From Diplonema japonicum (Eukaryota > Protista > Euglenozoa: Diplonemea): DNA of 64,000 nucleotides. How positions within the stretch are numbered: the stretch's first letter is position 1; every line of letters starts with the position of its first letter. The DNA lies in the NCBI GenBank assembly GCA_964019335.1, contig OZ025731.1:1-64000 (forward strand). The letters run 5' to 3'. The notes beneath the pieces were generated by a model. It worked only from the letters and a program-made list of their open reading frames with translations. It was not told where the DNA came from and did not search any database. The position numbers were made by a program, and so were the translations under genes. Positions 20,572 through 33,717 of this stretch are shown piece by piece.

Positions 20572-21830
20572 ATGAGCACAATTACTGTGGGCGTGGCTAG
20601 AAAGCTTCACCTCGTAGATGATTGCAAAGACACGAAAAAGAGATGGTGCCCCAAAGGGTTCCCAGGGAGCATTGTAGAAATAAAGAGTTCGAGTGCTGTG
20701 GGCAACAATCTGAAGCACAAAACTACCAAAGTAGACAGCCCCAGGTGCGTGGCATTCAAAGAGACATTGGATGACGAGAAGGGGACGGTGGTAGGGGACA
20801 ATAGGGATTCCGGGTTAAGGGCGATGGCGTGGAATGGGGTGTCAGCTAAGCATCGTCCCACAGCTTGGAAGGTGTTGACAGGGTACTCACCTGCCGCGAA
20901 AGGGCGGAGGGAGAAAGAACTTAGTCGAAAAAGAAAGGAGTACCAAGAGTATGTGACACAGTACTACGAAACGGCAGGCATGATCCTTGAAGATGGGTCG
21001 CACATGGTTGGGGGGATGGGCGCCACGCTGCAAGAGCTTGAGATGAGAAAACAAATCCACATAGATGTGCCACGCACGCTGCATGAGTACAGTGCCTTCC
21101 AAACGCAGTTTGTTCAGTCGCGGATGGAGCGCTTGCTATACATTTGGTCCATACGGCATCCTGCGTCTGGCTACGTGCAAGGGATCAATGACCTCACCAC
21201 ACCCTTTTTCGCAGTGTTTCTAAGCGAGCATCTGAACATAGATAAATTAATGACAGCACCAATTCACGAATGCCAAGAGGTGATCGAAGCGCTCAGCGAT
21301 GAGGACAAAATGGGTGTTGAAGCCGATTCGTTCTGGTGCCTCAGCTACTTGCTGCGGCACGTGCAGGATAACTACACCTTTGCGCAACCTGGGATACAGC
21401 TCATGTTGAACAAGATGAAAGCTGTAGTTACAAAGACTGATCCAGCACTGGCTAAGCACCTTGAAGACCAAGGCATTGCTTTCATGCAGTTTGCCTTCCG
21501 ATGGATGAACTGTTTGCTTGTTAGGGAGCTCCCGCTTTTTTTAGTTATCAGATTGTGGGATACCTATATGGCAGAAGGGGAGAACTTTCCCGCTTTGCAC
21601 GTATACGTGTGCTCTGCATTCCTCATGCACTGGTCCCCGGAGCTGCTCAAGATGGACTTCGCTGAGATGCTGATGTTCCTGCAATCGCTGAATAAAAGAC
21701 ATGTCTACCTTAAAGTATGTTGACAACAACGAAACCATACCATCCACAGGATCTTGAGCAGTGGGTGAGCCATGCTTATGTCTTGCAACACATGTTTGAA
21801 GGCAGCACACACTTGGAAGCTGACTCATAA
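20572..21830 (+). CDS. TBC-domain Rab-GAP (GYP1/TBC1D22-like)
   Basis: IHIDVPRT, GYVQGINDL, QDNYTFAQPGIQ, FAFRWMNCLL. A 35-nt intron at 21715-21749 restores DLEQWVSHAYVLQHMF...*. Confidence 0.92.
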
Positions 21831-22022
21831 ACATGCTGGCTCTGTTAGAGTCTGAGGAACACCACAGCATGCTGAGGCAAACTGATCGATGAGTCACCAC
21901 CCCACGCCGTGTCCTTGCCCATTCGCGCCTTGCTAGCCCTTTTATTAGTTCGTTTTGGCGTAATCTATAGTCATACGTACTACATTTTCTTAATCCACAG
22001 CAGGTGGTGGTTTTTGTAAATA

Positions 22023-23539
22023 ATGTCACCTGAGAAGCTAGCGGCCTCTGTGCCGATCAGACTGACCTCGGAGGAAAGGGTGCTGCAGAAACTCTTGACA
22101 TCTGCATTGGATGTGTCAGAGTACACGAACAAGGTGGACGGAACGGGGTCCTATTACAGACAGAAGCTGATTGTAGAGAACCTGTACGACCTGTATCAGA
22201 TCATGCTGGGGCTGAACGTGAACAGCTCGAAGGATAAGGGCAGGAAGATGCTGCAAAAAGCTTACGAAGACGGGAGCCCCGCTAAGCAAGTTATGAAAAA
22301 GTGCGACAAGTGGATCGCAAGCATCTTCGAGATCGGCAGAAGATACAAGAGAATGAACCCCGACATGATGAGGTCGGAGTACGGGAAGCTTATCTCCTTG
22401 ATGCAAGATGCCGTGCAGTACAGAAACGATCTAGGAATGGATATCTGCAAGCCTGTGAAATCCGTGCGTGATGTACTTGAGCTCCATGGCCTGATGGATA
22501 TACTGCGTGATGAGGAGCTTGCCATGGCCTCCACGCCACTGTCGAAAATGGAACCCGAAGAGCTTGAAGCAGCAGGAAAGCAAAAAGAAGCCCTCATCCA
22601 AGCATTATCTCAAAAACACGCCAATGGCGACAGGGAGAAGGCCGACATCGCTGAGCTGTGCATACGGTCCCTCGACGACGGGAATTGCTTCCTGAAAGAC
22701 AACGCTGCTTCTCTGGGAAAAATGATCGACCTGCTGAAGCAGTATTTCCACCCTGAGACGGGCTTGAGCATCAACGAAAAATACGGCGACATTTCGATCG
22801 GCAGAGGAGGTGGCTCCATGCTGTCGCACAGCCATCATAGCCACTACTACTACGTGCTGGAATCGCTCACCTTGTGGAAGTGCATTATGAGTGACATCTT
22901 TAACCTCTGGTCGGTGGCGGAAGCCGATATGCTGGATCCCTCGCGACAATACAGAATGCGAAACACTGGGCAAGGCACCCACAGAATGAAGTCAGCACCC
23001 CTCACAGGTTCAGCAATGAGAAGCCATATCGCGGAGGCACAGCGACAGATGGGAGGCAAGTGGGTTGGATCCCAGATTGTACATTTAGGGGACGATGTAT
23101 GTCGTTGGAAATGCTCGCTACCACACAACAGGATGTTCCCAATGCACTGGTCTTCATCGACAAGTACACACAGGTCCCTCGCATCATCAACCCCATCATC
23201 AAGGTGGTTGAGGCCATCGATACTATCGCAGAGCTCCCCGGGCAAGGGGCCTACCTGGAGGTGTGTATTTTTGTTTTTACGTAATCGGCAAACAGAGAAA
23301 ATTTGGATCGCCTGAAGACTGCAAAGTTGCCATCCTTCAAGATTTCTTCCGCCACGCCTTCGACGGCAGCGGCGACGACGGTGGTATGCACAACAACACG
23401 CTACACCAACACCAATACAGGCAGCTGCATCGATGGCCGACTCACTTCAGCTTGGAACTGGTGTTCCCGTCTTCATAAAAAGCCGTACTACCATACTTTC
23501 CTTTTGGGTGGCTTCCAGGGCTTTGACGGTCAGTGGTGA
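22023..23539 (+). CDS. DUF2009/UPF0652-family protein
   Basis: PIRLT.EER, LDVSEYT.KVD, VHLGDD|[31 protein letters not shown]. Introns at 23097-23131, 23261-23295 and 23384-23420. Confidence 0.85.
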
Positions 23540-23619
23540 GCCTTCCTCTAGCCTTAACCCATCAATAGTGTTACTTCGCACCTATGTTCCAGCAGCTTGT
23601 AGCACAACTAGTAGGTACC

Positions 23620-24914
23620 ATGGGCAACATATGTGGTGTGAGTGCCCCGCAGTATGTGCAGGTGGTGGTGCTCGGCCTTGATGGCGCCGGTAAGACGAGT
23701 TTGGTGAGGAAGCTGGTGATGGACCACTCCAGCTACGCATCATGGCTGTGGAATTACAGGCAAACAGCGGAGCCTCCTGTGCCTACTGGGATTGAGTGGC
23801 CCTCTGATGACATACAAAGCTGCACATCTAAGAATGCGAGTGCCCAATACATTAACACAGACGTGGTATCTTATAGAGGCAAGGAGTTCGCCTTGCTGGA
23901 TCTCGGTGGGGCTCCTGAACATCGCGCCAAATGGAAAGACTACATCTCTAACAAAACCTTTGCCGTGATGCTAGTTATCGATAGCAGTGCCAGGCACAGG
24001 ATGCCTGAGGCATGCGAACTTTTACACACGACGCTCATACCTTTGCTCCCGATGCCGATGACGCCTTTACTGATTTTCTGCCACAAATGCGACAGGATTG
24101 GTGCCATGACTCGGAACGAAGTGTCTGCAGGTCTCAAGCTTGACACACTCCCGCTCAAGAATTGGCATATGCTCAGCACCACCGTTTACAGAAAAGTATG
24201 CTTACACAACACAACACAACACAACACAACACAACACAACACAACACAACACAACACAACACAACACAACACAACACAACACAACACAACACAACACAAC
24301 ACAACACAACACAACACAACACAACACAACACAACACAACACAACACAACACAACACAACACAACACAACACAACACAACACAACACAACACAACACAAC
24401 ACAACACAACACAACACAACACAACACAACACAACACAACACAACACAACACAACACAACACAACACAACACAACACAACACAACACAACACAACACAAC
24501 ACAACACAACACAACACAACACAACACAACACAACACAACACAACACAACACAACACAACACAACACAACACAACACAACACAACAGGGCGGCGTTTCGA
24601 ATGAGACATTTGATTTCCTTGCTGATACAAACCAACGGCTTTCGGAAATGAGTGCTCCGCAGGCATCTCCTGAACTTGAAAAACCCGCTAAGCAGCATCA
24701 ACACACACCCGTCCAACCGCGCGACATGCCTGACCCGCACAGCAGCACGGAGGGCACCATCCAAGCAGAGACCTCTGCAGACTCTGACACGCCACACGAG
24801 GCATCCCCTAATCGCGAAGGTGACACACATGTCGACGATGAGGAGCCAAAGCCTGAGAGGCAGAAGGGAGACAAAAAAAGAAGATCCCGCCACAGAAGAC
24901 GGAAGAAGACTTGA
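23620..24914 (+). CDS. Divergent ARF/ARL-family small GTPase with a charged C-terminal tail
   Basis: MGNICG start, GLDGAGKT, DLGGA, HKCD. Intron 24196-24587 is filled with (CACAA)n. Confidence 0.85.
24204..24586. repeat. (ACACA/CACAA)n pentamer microsatellite, intronic
   Basis: About 76 perfect units between the GTATG donor and the CAG acceptor. Confidence 0.95.
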
Positions 24915-25148
24915 AAAAAGAATAGAAAAAAGAAGTTCTGACCTACACTTTACACGAACGTTGCTCTTGCTGAAATCCTGTCGCAAACCTCTGTTGTTGT
25001 GCAAGGCAAGGTTGATACCCCTCGTGTCCTCATCCTTCTTGACGGCTAAGAGATTTGAGACGTTAGTTACGTTAATTATGTTGCATACCAACCCCATCAT
25101 TTTGGCACTGCCGCTTATTTACGACGCATAGCAGACAACAAAATAAAA

Positions 25149-26957
25149 ATGGACGAACTGACAGATGTTGAGAAGAAAGAGCTGTGCGGTACTTATGACA
25201 GAGTAAGAGACTTAGCCAGGAGTAGGTGCCACGTCGACCTGCTGAGGAAGTCGTTCAGCAACAGCATTGGGAACATGGAGGATATGAATATAGCTTCCAT
25301 GGTGGCAATTGTGGAAGAAGTCCTGAAGAGGAGCAAACTGCGTGCCGGGAACAGAAAGCAGTTGGAGCTGGACCTTCAGAGGCTGCAGGGGTGGAAGGAC
25401 GAACTGGAGGAGAGCATACGGGTCTTGCCTAGCGAGTTCCTGAGCGCTCTGACTGTGCACTTTATCAACGCTTGCGATTCTGCTGTCAGCGACATCGAAG
25501 AGGACCTCGTTAGCACCAACGCAGAACTCCAGAAGCAACTGGAGCGGATAAAGGACAAGCCGGAAAAGGTACTCGCTGACCACTTGCACACTTTCAAGAT
25601 GACGAGGGGTGACAAGCACAGCATAGTCATCCAAAGCCAGCCGCATTCCAGGGCAAATAGGCAACATCTCCTTGAGGCTTTCGAGCAGCAGAACACCCTT
25701 TGCGTGATTTCGATCACAGACTGCGCCTTGCGTGACTCCGACCTTGAATTCCTGCTGCCTGTCCTTAAAGGCATGCAGCACCTGCGTGTTTTGTCTCTCG
25801 CGTCGAACATCTTGTCCAAGGCCTCCAAAACTAGGCTCCTGGAGGTTCTTGGCGAAGAGCACGCGTTTCCCTCCATACAATTGATCGATCTCACGGGCAA
25901 TGAGCTCTCTGAGGATGATGTGCGTGACCTGCATCTCACTGTCGCCGAGCGCTGTACTAAGATGAAAACAGTCAAAGAAGACGGCTGGGTACTAGGCATC
26001 AACGAAAAGAAGATCAGAGTTCTGTCTTTGGATGGCGGTGGTGCCAAGTGCCTGGCGCAACTTGCTGTACTCGAAAAGCTTGAGAGTACGACTGGTAACA
26101 TCAACGAGACTTTCGATCTGATCGTTGGAAGCGGCACGGGAGGGATTGTGGCTGCCGCCTTGCGCTCAGGTAAATCGCTCAGTGATGTCAAGAAAACGCT
26201 TTGCCGACTCAGCACAGAGGTCTTAACGACACAGGACTGGAAGGTGTTCTGGGCCTTCGAGGCGGCGTATAGGGGTGTCAGATCCTTCGCAACAGGTGAC
26301 TGGTATTCGGGGAGTGCTTTTGAAGCGTTACTGAAGGAAGAGTTGTTCCCCGATGGTCAAAGCATGAAGGACATCAAGAAGCCCTGCAGCGTCGTGGCGT
26401 CCGACGAGAAGGGGCGCGAAGTGTGCTTCAGAACTTATAAAAGCTTTGTGAGACAGCCTTATGGAAACGTCCCTTCAGAAGGCGTAGCACAGCTGGGAAG
26501 GGCATGCTGTGCGACACCGAACTATCTGTACCCTGTGGAAGTGGGGGGCGTAAAGTGCAGGGATGGCGGTGTTGTTGCCACGAACCCTTCTGTGTTGGTG
26601 CTTGCTGAGCTGGTACAGCAGGTACCTTTGGACAGGATATGCATTGTATCTGTCGGGTGCGGAACGGCTGCAGGGGCTTACTCTCCATTAGCTGAGCAAC
26701 TGTCTCTCACTTCGCAGTCTTTGCAGTTGAAGTCTCCCTGCCCGCCACACGAAGCACTGCTGTCTCTAGCACGTGCCTCCCCTTTGGTTTACCATCGTTT
26801 GGATCCAGAGCCTTGCCGCCCCCACCTCATAGACTTCTCCCTTGTAGATCATTACGAGTGCCACGCCATCATGCTCGACACGGTCACAGCAGCTTCCGAA
26901 GACTGGGCTGCGGCCAACGGAGACCGCTTCGCTTCCATCAAGCATGACATTGTGTAA
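25149..26957 (+). CDS. LRR + patatin-like phospholipase domain protein
   Basis: LRR units (LRVLSLASN, IQLIDLTGN), LSLDGGG, FDLIVGSGTGG, DGGVVATNP. Confidence 0.85.
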   Translation: MDELTDVEKKELCGTYDRVRDLARSRCHVDLLRKSFSNSIGNMEDMNIASMVAIVEEVLKRSKLRAGNRKQLELDLQRLQGWKDELEESIRVLPSEFLSALTVHFINACDSAVSDIEEDLVSTNAELQKQLERIKDKPEKVLADHLHTFKMTRGDKHSIVIQSQPHSRANRQHLLEAFEQQNTLCVISITDCALRDSDLEFLLPVLKGMQHLRVLSLASNILSKASKTRLLEVLGEEHAFPSIQLIDLTGNELSEDDVRDLHLTVAERCTKMKTVKEDGWVLGINEKKIRVLSLDGGGAKCLAQLAVLEKLESTTGNINETFDLIVGSGTGGIVAAALRSGKSLSDVKKTLCRLSTEVLTTQDWKVFWAFEAAYRGVRSFATGDWYSGSAFEALLKEELFPDGQSMKDIKKPCSVVASDEKGREVCFRTYKSFVRQPYGNVPSEGVAQLGRACCATPNYLYPVEVGGVKCRDGGVVATNPSVLVLAELVQQVPLDRICIVSVGCGTAAGAYSPLAEQLSLTSQSLQLKSPCPPHEALLSLARASPLVYHRLDPEPCRPHLIDFSLVDHYECHAIMLDTVTAASEDWAAANGDRFASIKHDIV

Positions 26958-27210
26958 TATTACTTGTGCCATTCTAACCCCTTCTTTTTGTACATACTAA
27001 TGATGTGTGCATCTCACACAGACTGCGGCTTCGCTACATATTTGGTATTCTAGCCTTCTTGCCCGTTCCAATTATTAGACGCTTCAACAGTCTTTCCCTT
27101 CTATCCCTCCATCCCTCTGCCCTGCCTCCTTGCCCCCATATGCTATACTTTTGGGATATCTGTTCCACTAAACTTCACAACAGATAATTACACGGACGAT
27201 ACCACAATAA

Positions 27211-28260
27211 ATGAAATGTTCTATATGTGGTGCGGGGCTCAAATATGAAGCAGTTGTTGGGACTTACGAAAAGTCTGCGAACGATAGAAGCCAGGTGAAG
27301 ATAGATGTTAAGGGCGTGCGGTACTTGTGGATGACCAAGGAGTACCTGGAGGAAGGCACAGTGGTGGTGTGTGGTTATGACTGTATAGACAAATGGCAAG
27401 GTGGCACAGCGGTGAGGCCTGTTGTGAAGTTAAAGGAGTACAAATCAGCGATAGAACCTAGACAGCACTATGTGTCGATGACAACGAGGGACTACACTGT
27501 GGAGGAGATCGAAGAGGTGTACACGGAAGTACTTATAGGCAATATTCCTGCAAGGCTCCCTCACATGGGTATAAAGACACTTGCTGAGAAACATGGCGAC
27601 ATCACACGATTTGAGTACGATAGCACAAAGGGGTTGGCTTACATCAGGTTCGCTCTTGGCACAGAGGGAGAAGCCTTCTTCATGTCGTGCAATGGAGCAG
27701 GGATACCAGGGGAGAGAGAAGCAGGTCGTCTGGTAGTGGAGTTTGCACACTACCTGCCTGAGCTTAATGAGAATCTGTATGATGATATGTTCGGCGCGAA
27801 GTGCACGCGACAGCTCTTGAGGGCCATGCCCAGGAAGAAGCCTCCATCAAGCCTGCTGGACAGCAGATCGGTCCCTGAGCTGTTCTCCTTGTGGGAGCAG
27901 CATCTTGAGATGCTCCTAGCAGACCCAGACTTCCGCACCATTGCCCACACTTCACACACGACCACAGACATCATGACCCTGGCCATTACTCGCAATTGGC
28001 TTCTTTACAAGTACATCACACCCCATGCCACCTCCAAGGCAGCTGCCCTCCTCCGCATGAACAACAATGACCCAGAGCAGGCACTCAACCAGATCGAGTA
28101 CAATCACATCGACCGCGTGATCGGCTACAAGTGCAAGCCCCCACCGCCGCCCCTGTGGTTCCGTGCTCTCGTGGCGCTTCACGACACTTTCTGGAACATA
28201 CACACAGTGGCAATAACTGTCATGTGCGTTGTGATCATCTTTCTTGTTCTCAACCTCTAA
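27211..28260 (+). CDS. Hypothetical protein with an RRM-like domain and a C-terminal transmembrane anchor
   Basis: VLIGNIP...KGLAYIRF; hydrophobic tail AITVMCVVIIFLVLNL. Confidence 0.7.
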   Translation: MKCSICGAGLKYEAVVGTYEKSANDRSQVKIDVKGVRYLWMTKEYLEEGTVVVCGYDCIDKWQGGTAVRPVVKLKEYKSAIEPRQHYVSMTTRDYTVEEIEEVYTEVLIGNIPARLPHMGIKTLAEKHGDITRFEYDSTKGLAYIRFALGTEGEAFFMSCNGAGIPGEREAGRLVVEFAHYLPELNENLYDDMFGAKCTRQLLRAMPRKKPPSSLLDSRSVPELFSLWEQHLEMLLADPDFRTIAHTSHTTTDIMTLAITRNWLLYKYITPHATSKAAALLRMNNNDPEQALNQIEYNHIDRVIGYKCKPPPPPLWFRALVALHDTFWNIHTVAITVMCVVIIFLVLNL

Positions 28261-28354
28261 CTTTTATTTAATTTATAACAGTAATTTCTTTACAACATTT
28301 TTGCACCACATTCTTCCGTCTCAGCTTGCATAGGCTCGGGTGGGTTCAAGTGAA

Positions 28355-29807
28355 ATGGCGAGCCTGGCGATGAACCCCATGGGGATGGGGATGGGAATGG
28401 GCATGGGAGGCATGGGTAAGGGAGGCAACGCACCTAAGGAAGAAAGCCCAGCGGAGAGGTCAGACACGAACATCATGTTCAACGCATGTAAGGGAGAGGT
28501 GTACGGGCCTGGGAGGGGGTACAAGAACTTCAGCAGATTACTGAAGAAAAACTGGACAGTGTCCGTGAATAAAGAAGCAGTGACAGAAGAGAAGCTTGAC
28601 GGGGTGAGTTTAGTGGTCTTCTCCGGGTCAAGGGAGAAATTCGACTCGAGCGAGATCGACGTCTTGAAGAAGCACCTCGCGGCAGGCGGCTCAGTGCTGA
28701 TAATAACAGGAGAAGGTGGAGAGAAGGGCCCGTGGGCTACAATGAAGGACGCCAATCAGTGCAACTTACGGCACGTGGTAGATGCCCTGAGCCAGTCAAC
28801 CATCACGGTGAACCACGATTGTGTGGTACGCACAGTACACTACAAGTACTACCACCCCAAGGAGGCGCACATAGGGGACGGCATCGTCAACAGAGAGATC
28901 GACAACGCCGCACAGAAACTATCCAGCAACGAGAAGCAGAACGGCGGCAGCAACAATGACACACCCATCAAAAACGAGCAACTGTCATTTGTCTACCCTC
29001 AAGGCGGGACTTTAAGCATACAGAAGCCAGCAGCGCCGCTCTTGTCATCGGGGTACATCGCGTACCCGCTGAACAGGCCCATCTGCGCTGTGTACGAACA
29101 TGTGCAGAAAGTGCCTGGAAGGAGACCTGGGCGGTTGATGGTGGTGGCGTCACTGAATATGTTTGAAGACAAGTGGATAAGTGAGGAACAGAACACGAAG
29201 TTAGCGGAAGTATTGATATGGTGGCTGCTGTGGCACCCCGCGATGAAGCTGAACACCATCGACATGGAGGAGCCAGAGGTCGCGGACTACTTGCATCTCC
29301 CAGACATAGAGTCGTTGGCTGAGCGACTGCGTGTGTGTCTCGAGTCGCCTGAGGACCTCCCACGTGATGTCACTACCATGTTCGACCTCACCATGTTCAA
29401 ATTTGATACAGACTTGATCCCGGAGTCCGTCAAGGCGTATGAGCAGATCAATGTTAAGCATGAGCCGCTTACTTTGATCCAACCAGAGTTCCACACACCA
29501 CTCCCACCTTTCTATCCCGCAACAGTGCCCCCCATACATAGGGAGCCGCCACACCCCGTATGCTCTAGTAACCACCACACCACACCACACCACGACAGGC
29601 CCTTGATTTATTCGATCTTGACGAACACTTTGCGTCGGAACGCCAACGGTTGGCGACACTCACCAACAAGTGTGATGACAAGGTACATTTTATTCGTTCC
29701 TATTTGTTTTGTTAAGAGAAAAACACCGTTCATGGTAAGGAAAATATTTCCCCCCCGCCGTTTCCCTTGAAGCCTACAAGCTTTTATCTACCAGCCACGG
29801 TAACCAC

Positions 29808-29852
<45 letters not shown>

Positions 29853-32800
29853 ATGATCACGGCACTAACTCACGACGAGTACACATAAGGGTTGCAGTAG
29901 GGAAACGAGACTGGCTGCATGTCATTACCCTCTACTGTCAGGTGAACGACAACTCTAGGCACGCCAAGAGGAACAGGGAAGCATTAATAGCCGACACTCT
30001 ACTAAAATCGACACAGCTGGGAGACGTACCCGTCATCGTGACAGGGGATTGAAATACATCGGTACAAGACTCCCCGGTACTCTCGAACGCCCTTACGCAA
30101 AATTGGACTGACGCCTCGGACAAGGTTTCACGCCGACAGGGAACTCATACCCCTCCCTCCTTCGTAACAGCGGCAGCGAAGACCAGGCCGGATTACATTC
30201 TGATGAACGCGACAGCGGCAATGGCGCTAAAGGATTGCCAGACCGTCGACATCGGGGTCCCCTCACACCGAGCTCTCAAAGTCACGATAGACATACCAAA
30301 ATTCCATGAGCCATCGCTGCAATACCATCTGCCCAGGAAGATCACCCCTCACCTCGAATCCCGGGACCGGACTCCGGACTGTGACATTCTCCCTACATTG
30401 AGGGCTCTAAAAGACAACGGAGACCTGGATGCTGCATTCTTGGCACTCTCTACGGCCTGCGAGAAACACCTCCTGAGAGACACAGCACAATCAGGGATTT
30501 CTAGTTATAGTGGCAGAGGCGAAGTGAATAACCCCAGCTTGAGAAGATCCGCGGCCCCCTCCACGTCGACCGGATTCGGGGCGGTATCCAGGAGGTACCT
30601 GACACTTGAGAAAATCCGGCAAAGTGCATCCACCATTATACGAAGAGTACAGAAGTTGAAAGACCCAGCCCTGCCCTACGACCTGCGCAAGGGATGGGAC
30701 AAAATGAAGGCGAAAGCTATCAACTTCTTGAGAGTTCACCCCGAAACATTCTCTGACGGTAACATCACCAGAGAAGCAGACCTGATTTTGAATAAAGTGG
30801 TTGCACAACAACGAGACATGGACATCGCGTCGAAAATCCAGCGCAGCGTGAAAATGAGAAGAGAACTGAATTCGGGCTTCTCGGTGAATCGAAGTGCCAT
30901 CATGCAATTTGTGGCAGACAGGCCCGAGAGAGAACTGGTAGCGTCGAACTCGAATGGAACACTCTCATCCTCGGTCGCGGAGATCGACCAAGCTTTCAGG
31001 TCGGAATGGCGCCATATCTTCAGGAAATTTGAAGACCACCCCGAGCCGAGTTACGCGGCTTTTGAAGAGACGTTTGGGTCACAGGTCACCCACCACCCGA
31101 TGATGGACCACGCACTCACGCTGGAGGACCTGCGGAAAGTGCTGAAAAAGAAAGAGAAACAAGAATGCGCAGGGATCGACGGATGGAGATTGTGTGAACT
31201 CGCTCACTTACCAGATGCATTGTTGGAGGGGTTCGTCTTCCTATATGATTGGATAGAGGAGGGGGGGAGCTGGCCCAAGGCAGTCCTCACAGCTCTAGTA
31301 ACGATGATCCCGAAAGGGGAATCCGAAGAACCGCTAGAACACCGCCCTATTACGGTATCGAGCGCGTTCTACCGCCTATGGGCAGGTGCGAGGCTACCAG
31401 CAATCCTCGAGTGGCAGGAAGCGTGGATCACCCCTCTCCAGTTCGGTTTCAGACCGGAACACAGCACAGACGACCTCCTCGCCCGGGTCTGCACCAGTGT
31501 AGAAATTGCGAAGGAGTCGGGGAGGCACCTCTATGGCCTTTCTGTCGACTTCAAGAAATGCTTCGATTCAGTCCCCCATGCACTAACATTCGGACTAGTG
31601 GAACGTCTAGGCCTCAGCCGGCTCATTTTGAAACCGATTAGGTCCATTTACTCTGACCTGATCCGCCGTTTACGGTTCCCAATGGGAGTAGGCGCCCCAT
31701 TCCGGACCACAAATGGGATACTCCAGGGCTGCCCGATCTCACCGATCTTCATCAACGCGATCCTCGCCATCTTTACCAGGAAATGCACGGCGAACCCGAG
31801 GAACGCCCATCCTGTGTCGTATGCAGACGACCTCAACTTCACGTCAGCTACATCAGAAGCCGCGATACAACGCTCCGTCAACCTGCTTGGCAGCCTATGC
31901 AAGCTCACAGGGATGACCATACACCCGAAGAAAACCAGATCATTTGGGACGAAACCCAAGTACAAGGGCAAAGTACAGTTATTCAGGGAGATCTTCGACA
32001 CTTCCAACAGGCTACAAATACTGGGTGTACAGGTCTACTTCTAACCCTGCAGGAGAGAGAACTCAAGGGTCCGCAAGGCCCTTGCAGAGGTCGAACGACT
32101 CGCCGCGACCAAACTGTACCACAATCGCAAGATACAGATCATCTCTGAGAACATCCTACCGTCCGCCTTCTACGGCGTACTCTTCGACCCAATCCCTGAC
32201 TCCTGGCTGGAGAAACTGAAGAAACAGATCACGTTATGTATCTGGGGGGCCCGCAACCCGATGCGCTCCTCTAGTGCTCTGCTGGGGATTGCCCACAAAG
32301 GTCACACCCTAGACCCTTACTCTACGGTGGTCTACAAGGCCATTTCAACCCTAGGGCGTCTATGCACACGCCAGACGAACAAATCCCTCTTCGTTTCATG
32401 CTGGGAGACTTACAGGTACACGAAGGAACGGAACGGAACACCGTCGTTACCGAAAGGACCATTTGGCAATGCAGAGGTTTGGCTTCGAGACATTGGGACC
32501 AGATGGAAGGACCTTCAGACGAAAATGCTGCCGCAAGGCTTACAACACCTGAAGCATGAGATCAGAACGCTGTTGAAAGACAAGCTACGTGGCGGGCTCG
32601 CCGAAGAGCGAGAGACCTTTGGAGGGATCGAGACGGGCATCGACGAGGAGAGGACGAACCTCCTACACAACGAGATGGCGGTCGCCAACCCGCAGAAAGC
32701 GAGAAAGTTACTTTGTGCAATCACTGGCGCCATACTGCCCCTTCATCCCAGAGCCTACGGCGATTTGTCAGGCACACGTGCGAAATGCCTCGGGTGTGAC

Positions 32801-33683
32801 GCACTCTACGACGTTAGGAATGGAACCAGCAGCCTCCTGCAGCATACCATTTGGCACTGTCCAGCACACGCCGGCTATAGGACAGCCAACGCCGACCGCA
32901 AGTGGCTGGTGCAAGAACACAGGAGCTGGCCGAACTGCACCCAGATTCACGGAATCATTACAACGGACTCGGACATCAGCCTGCCAAGAGTCAAGGAACT
33001 CCACCTGATGCTTGCAGATATTGCAGGAAAACTCGATTGTCTGCACGCCGACAAGCAGGTCAGGTACGAAAACCAGCACTTCTGGAATAGACCTTTCCAG
33101 CCAGGGAACCTCTTAACCCCGAAACCTCTCACTTGGTACCACAAGAACGGGCTGGCGAAGAAGTACTTCCCAGGCCTAATCCCGTTTATCCTCAAATGGC
33201 TGAAAGCCCTCAAGTGGGGCAAGGACGGTGGGCAGGTGTCCAAGGCGGAACTTGCGGTCGACCTAATTGCAACAGAAAGGATCCACATGGAGGGTGAAGA
33301 CCTAGCGAGCTGGGCAAGAAAAATCGGCGGAATCCTAAGAGTTTTGGACAGGATTCACCAAAAAGGCACGGGGAGTCACCTGATTCCAGCAGAACCTAAG
33401 AAATCAGTACACTCTTTGCGTACCCTAGGGCTCCACAGCCAACCCATCACTGGGTACTCCACTCGTCCGGTCTTCGCAACCCCGAAGGTCACCCACCCTA
33501 TCCTAGAGGAACAGTTACGAACTCATTGCATCCTCAACAACTCGCTAGTTGGTTTCACGCCCAAGCTGCTGAAAAGATACTACGACGGGCCTAAGGCACT
33601 ACCACGACAGAAGGGATCAAACACTAGATGAGTTGATTGTCGTTAGGCGATCCTGTCACATACTGCAGGTTCCCTCAAAGACA

Positions 33684-33717
<34 letters not shown>

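Noticed and set aside
24140-24666. NTTQH / CCVVL repeat proteins
   Set aside because: Intronic microsatellite translations.
30050-32044. Stop-codon reassignment suggested by in-frame TGA and TAA in the LINE
   Set aside because: Host genes end with TGA, TAA and TAG normally; single transitions (TGG>TGA, CAA>TAA) explain both.
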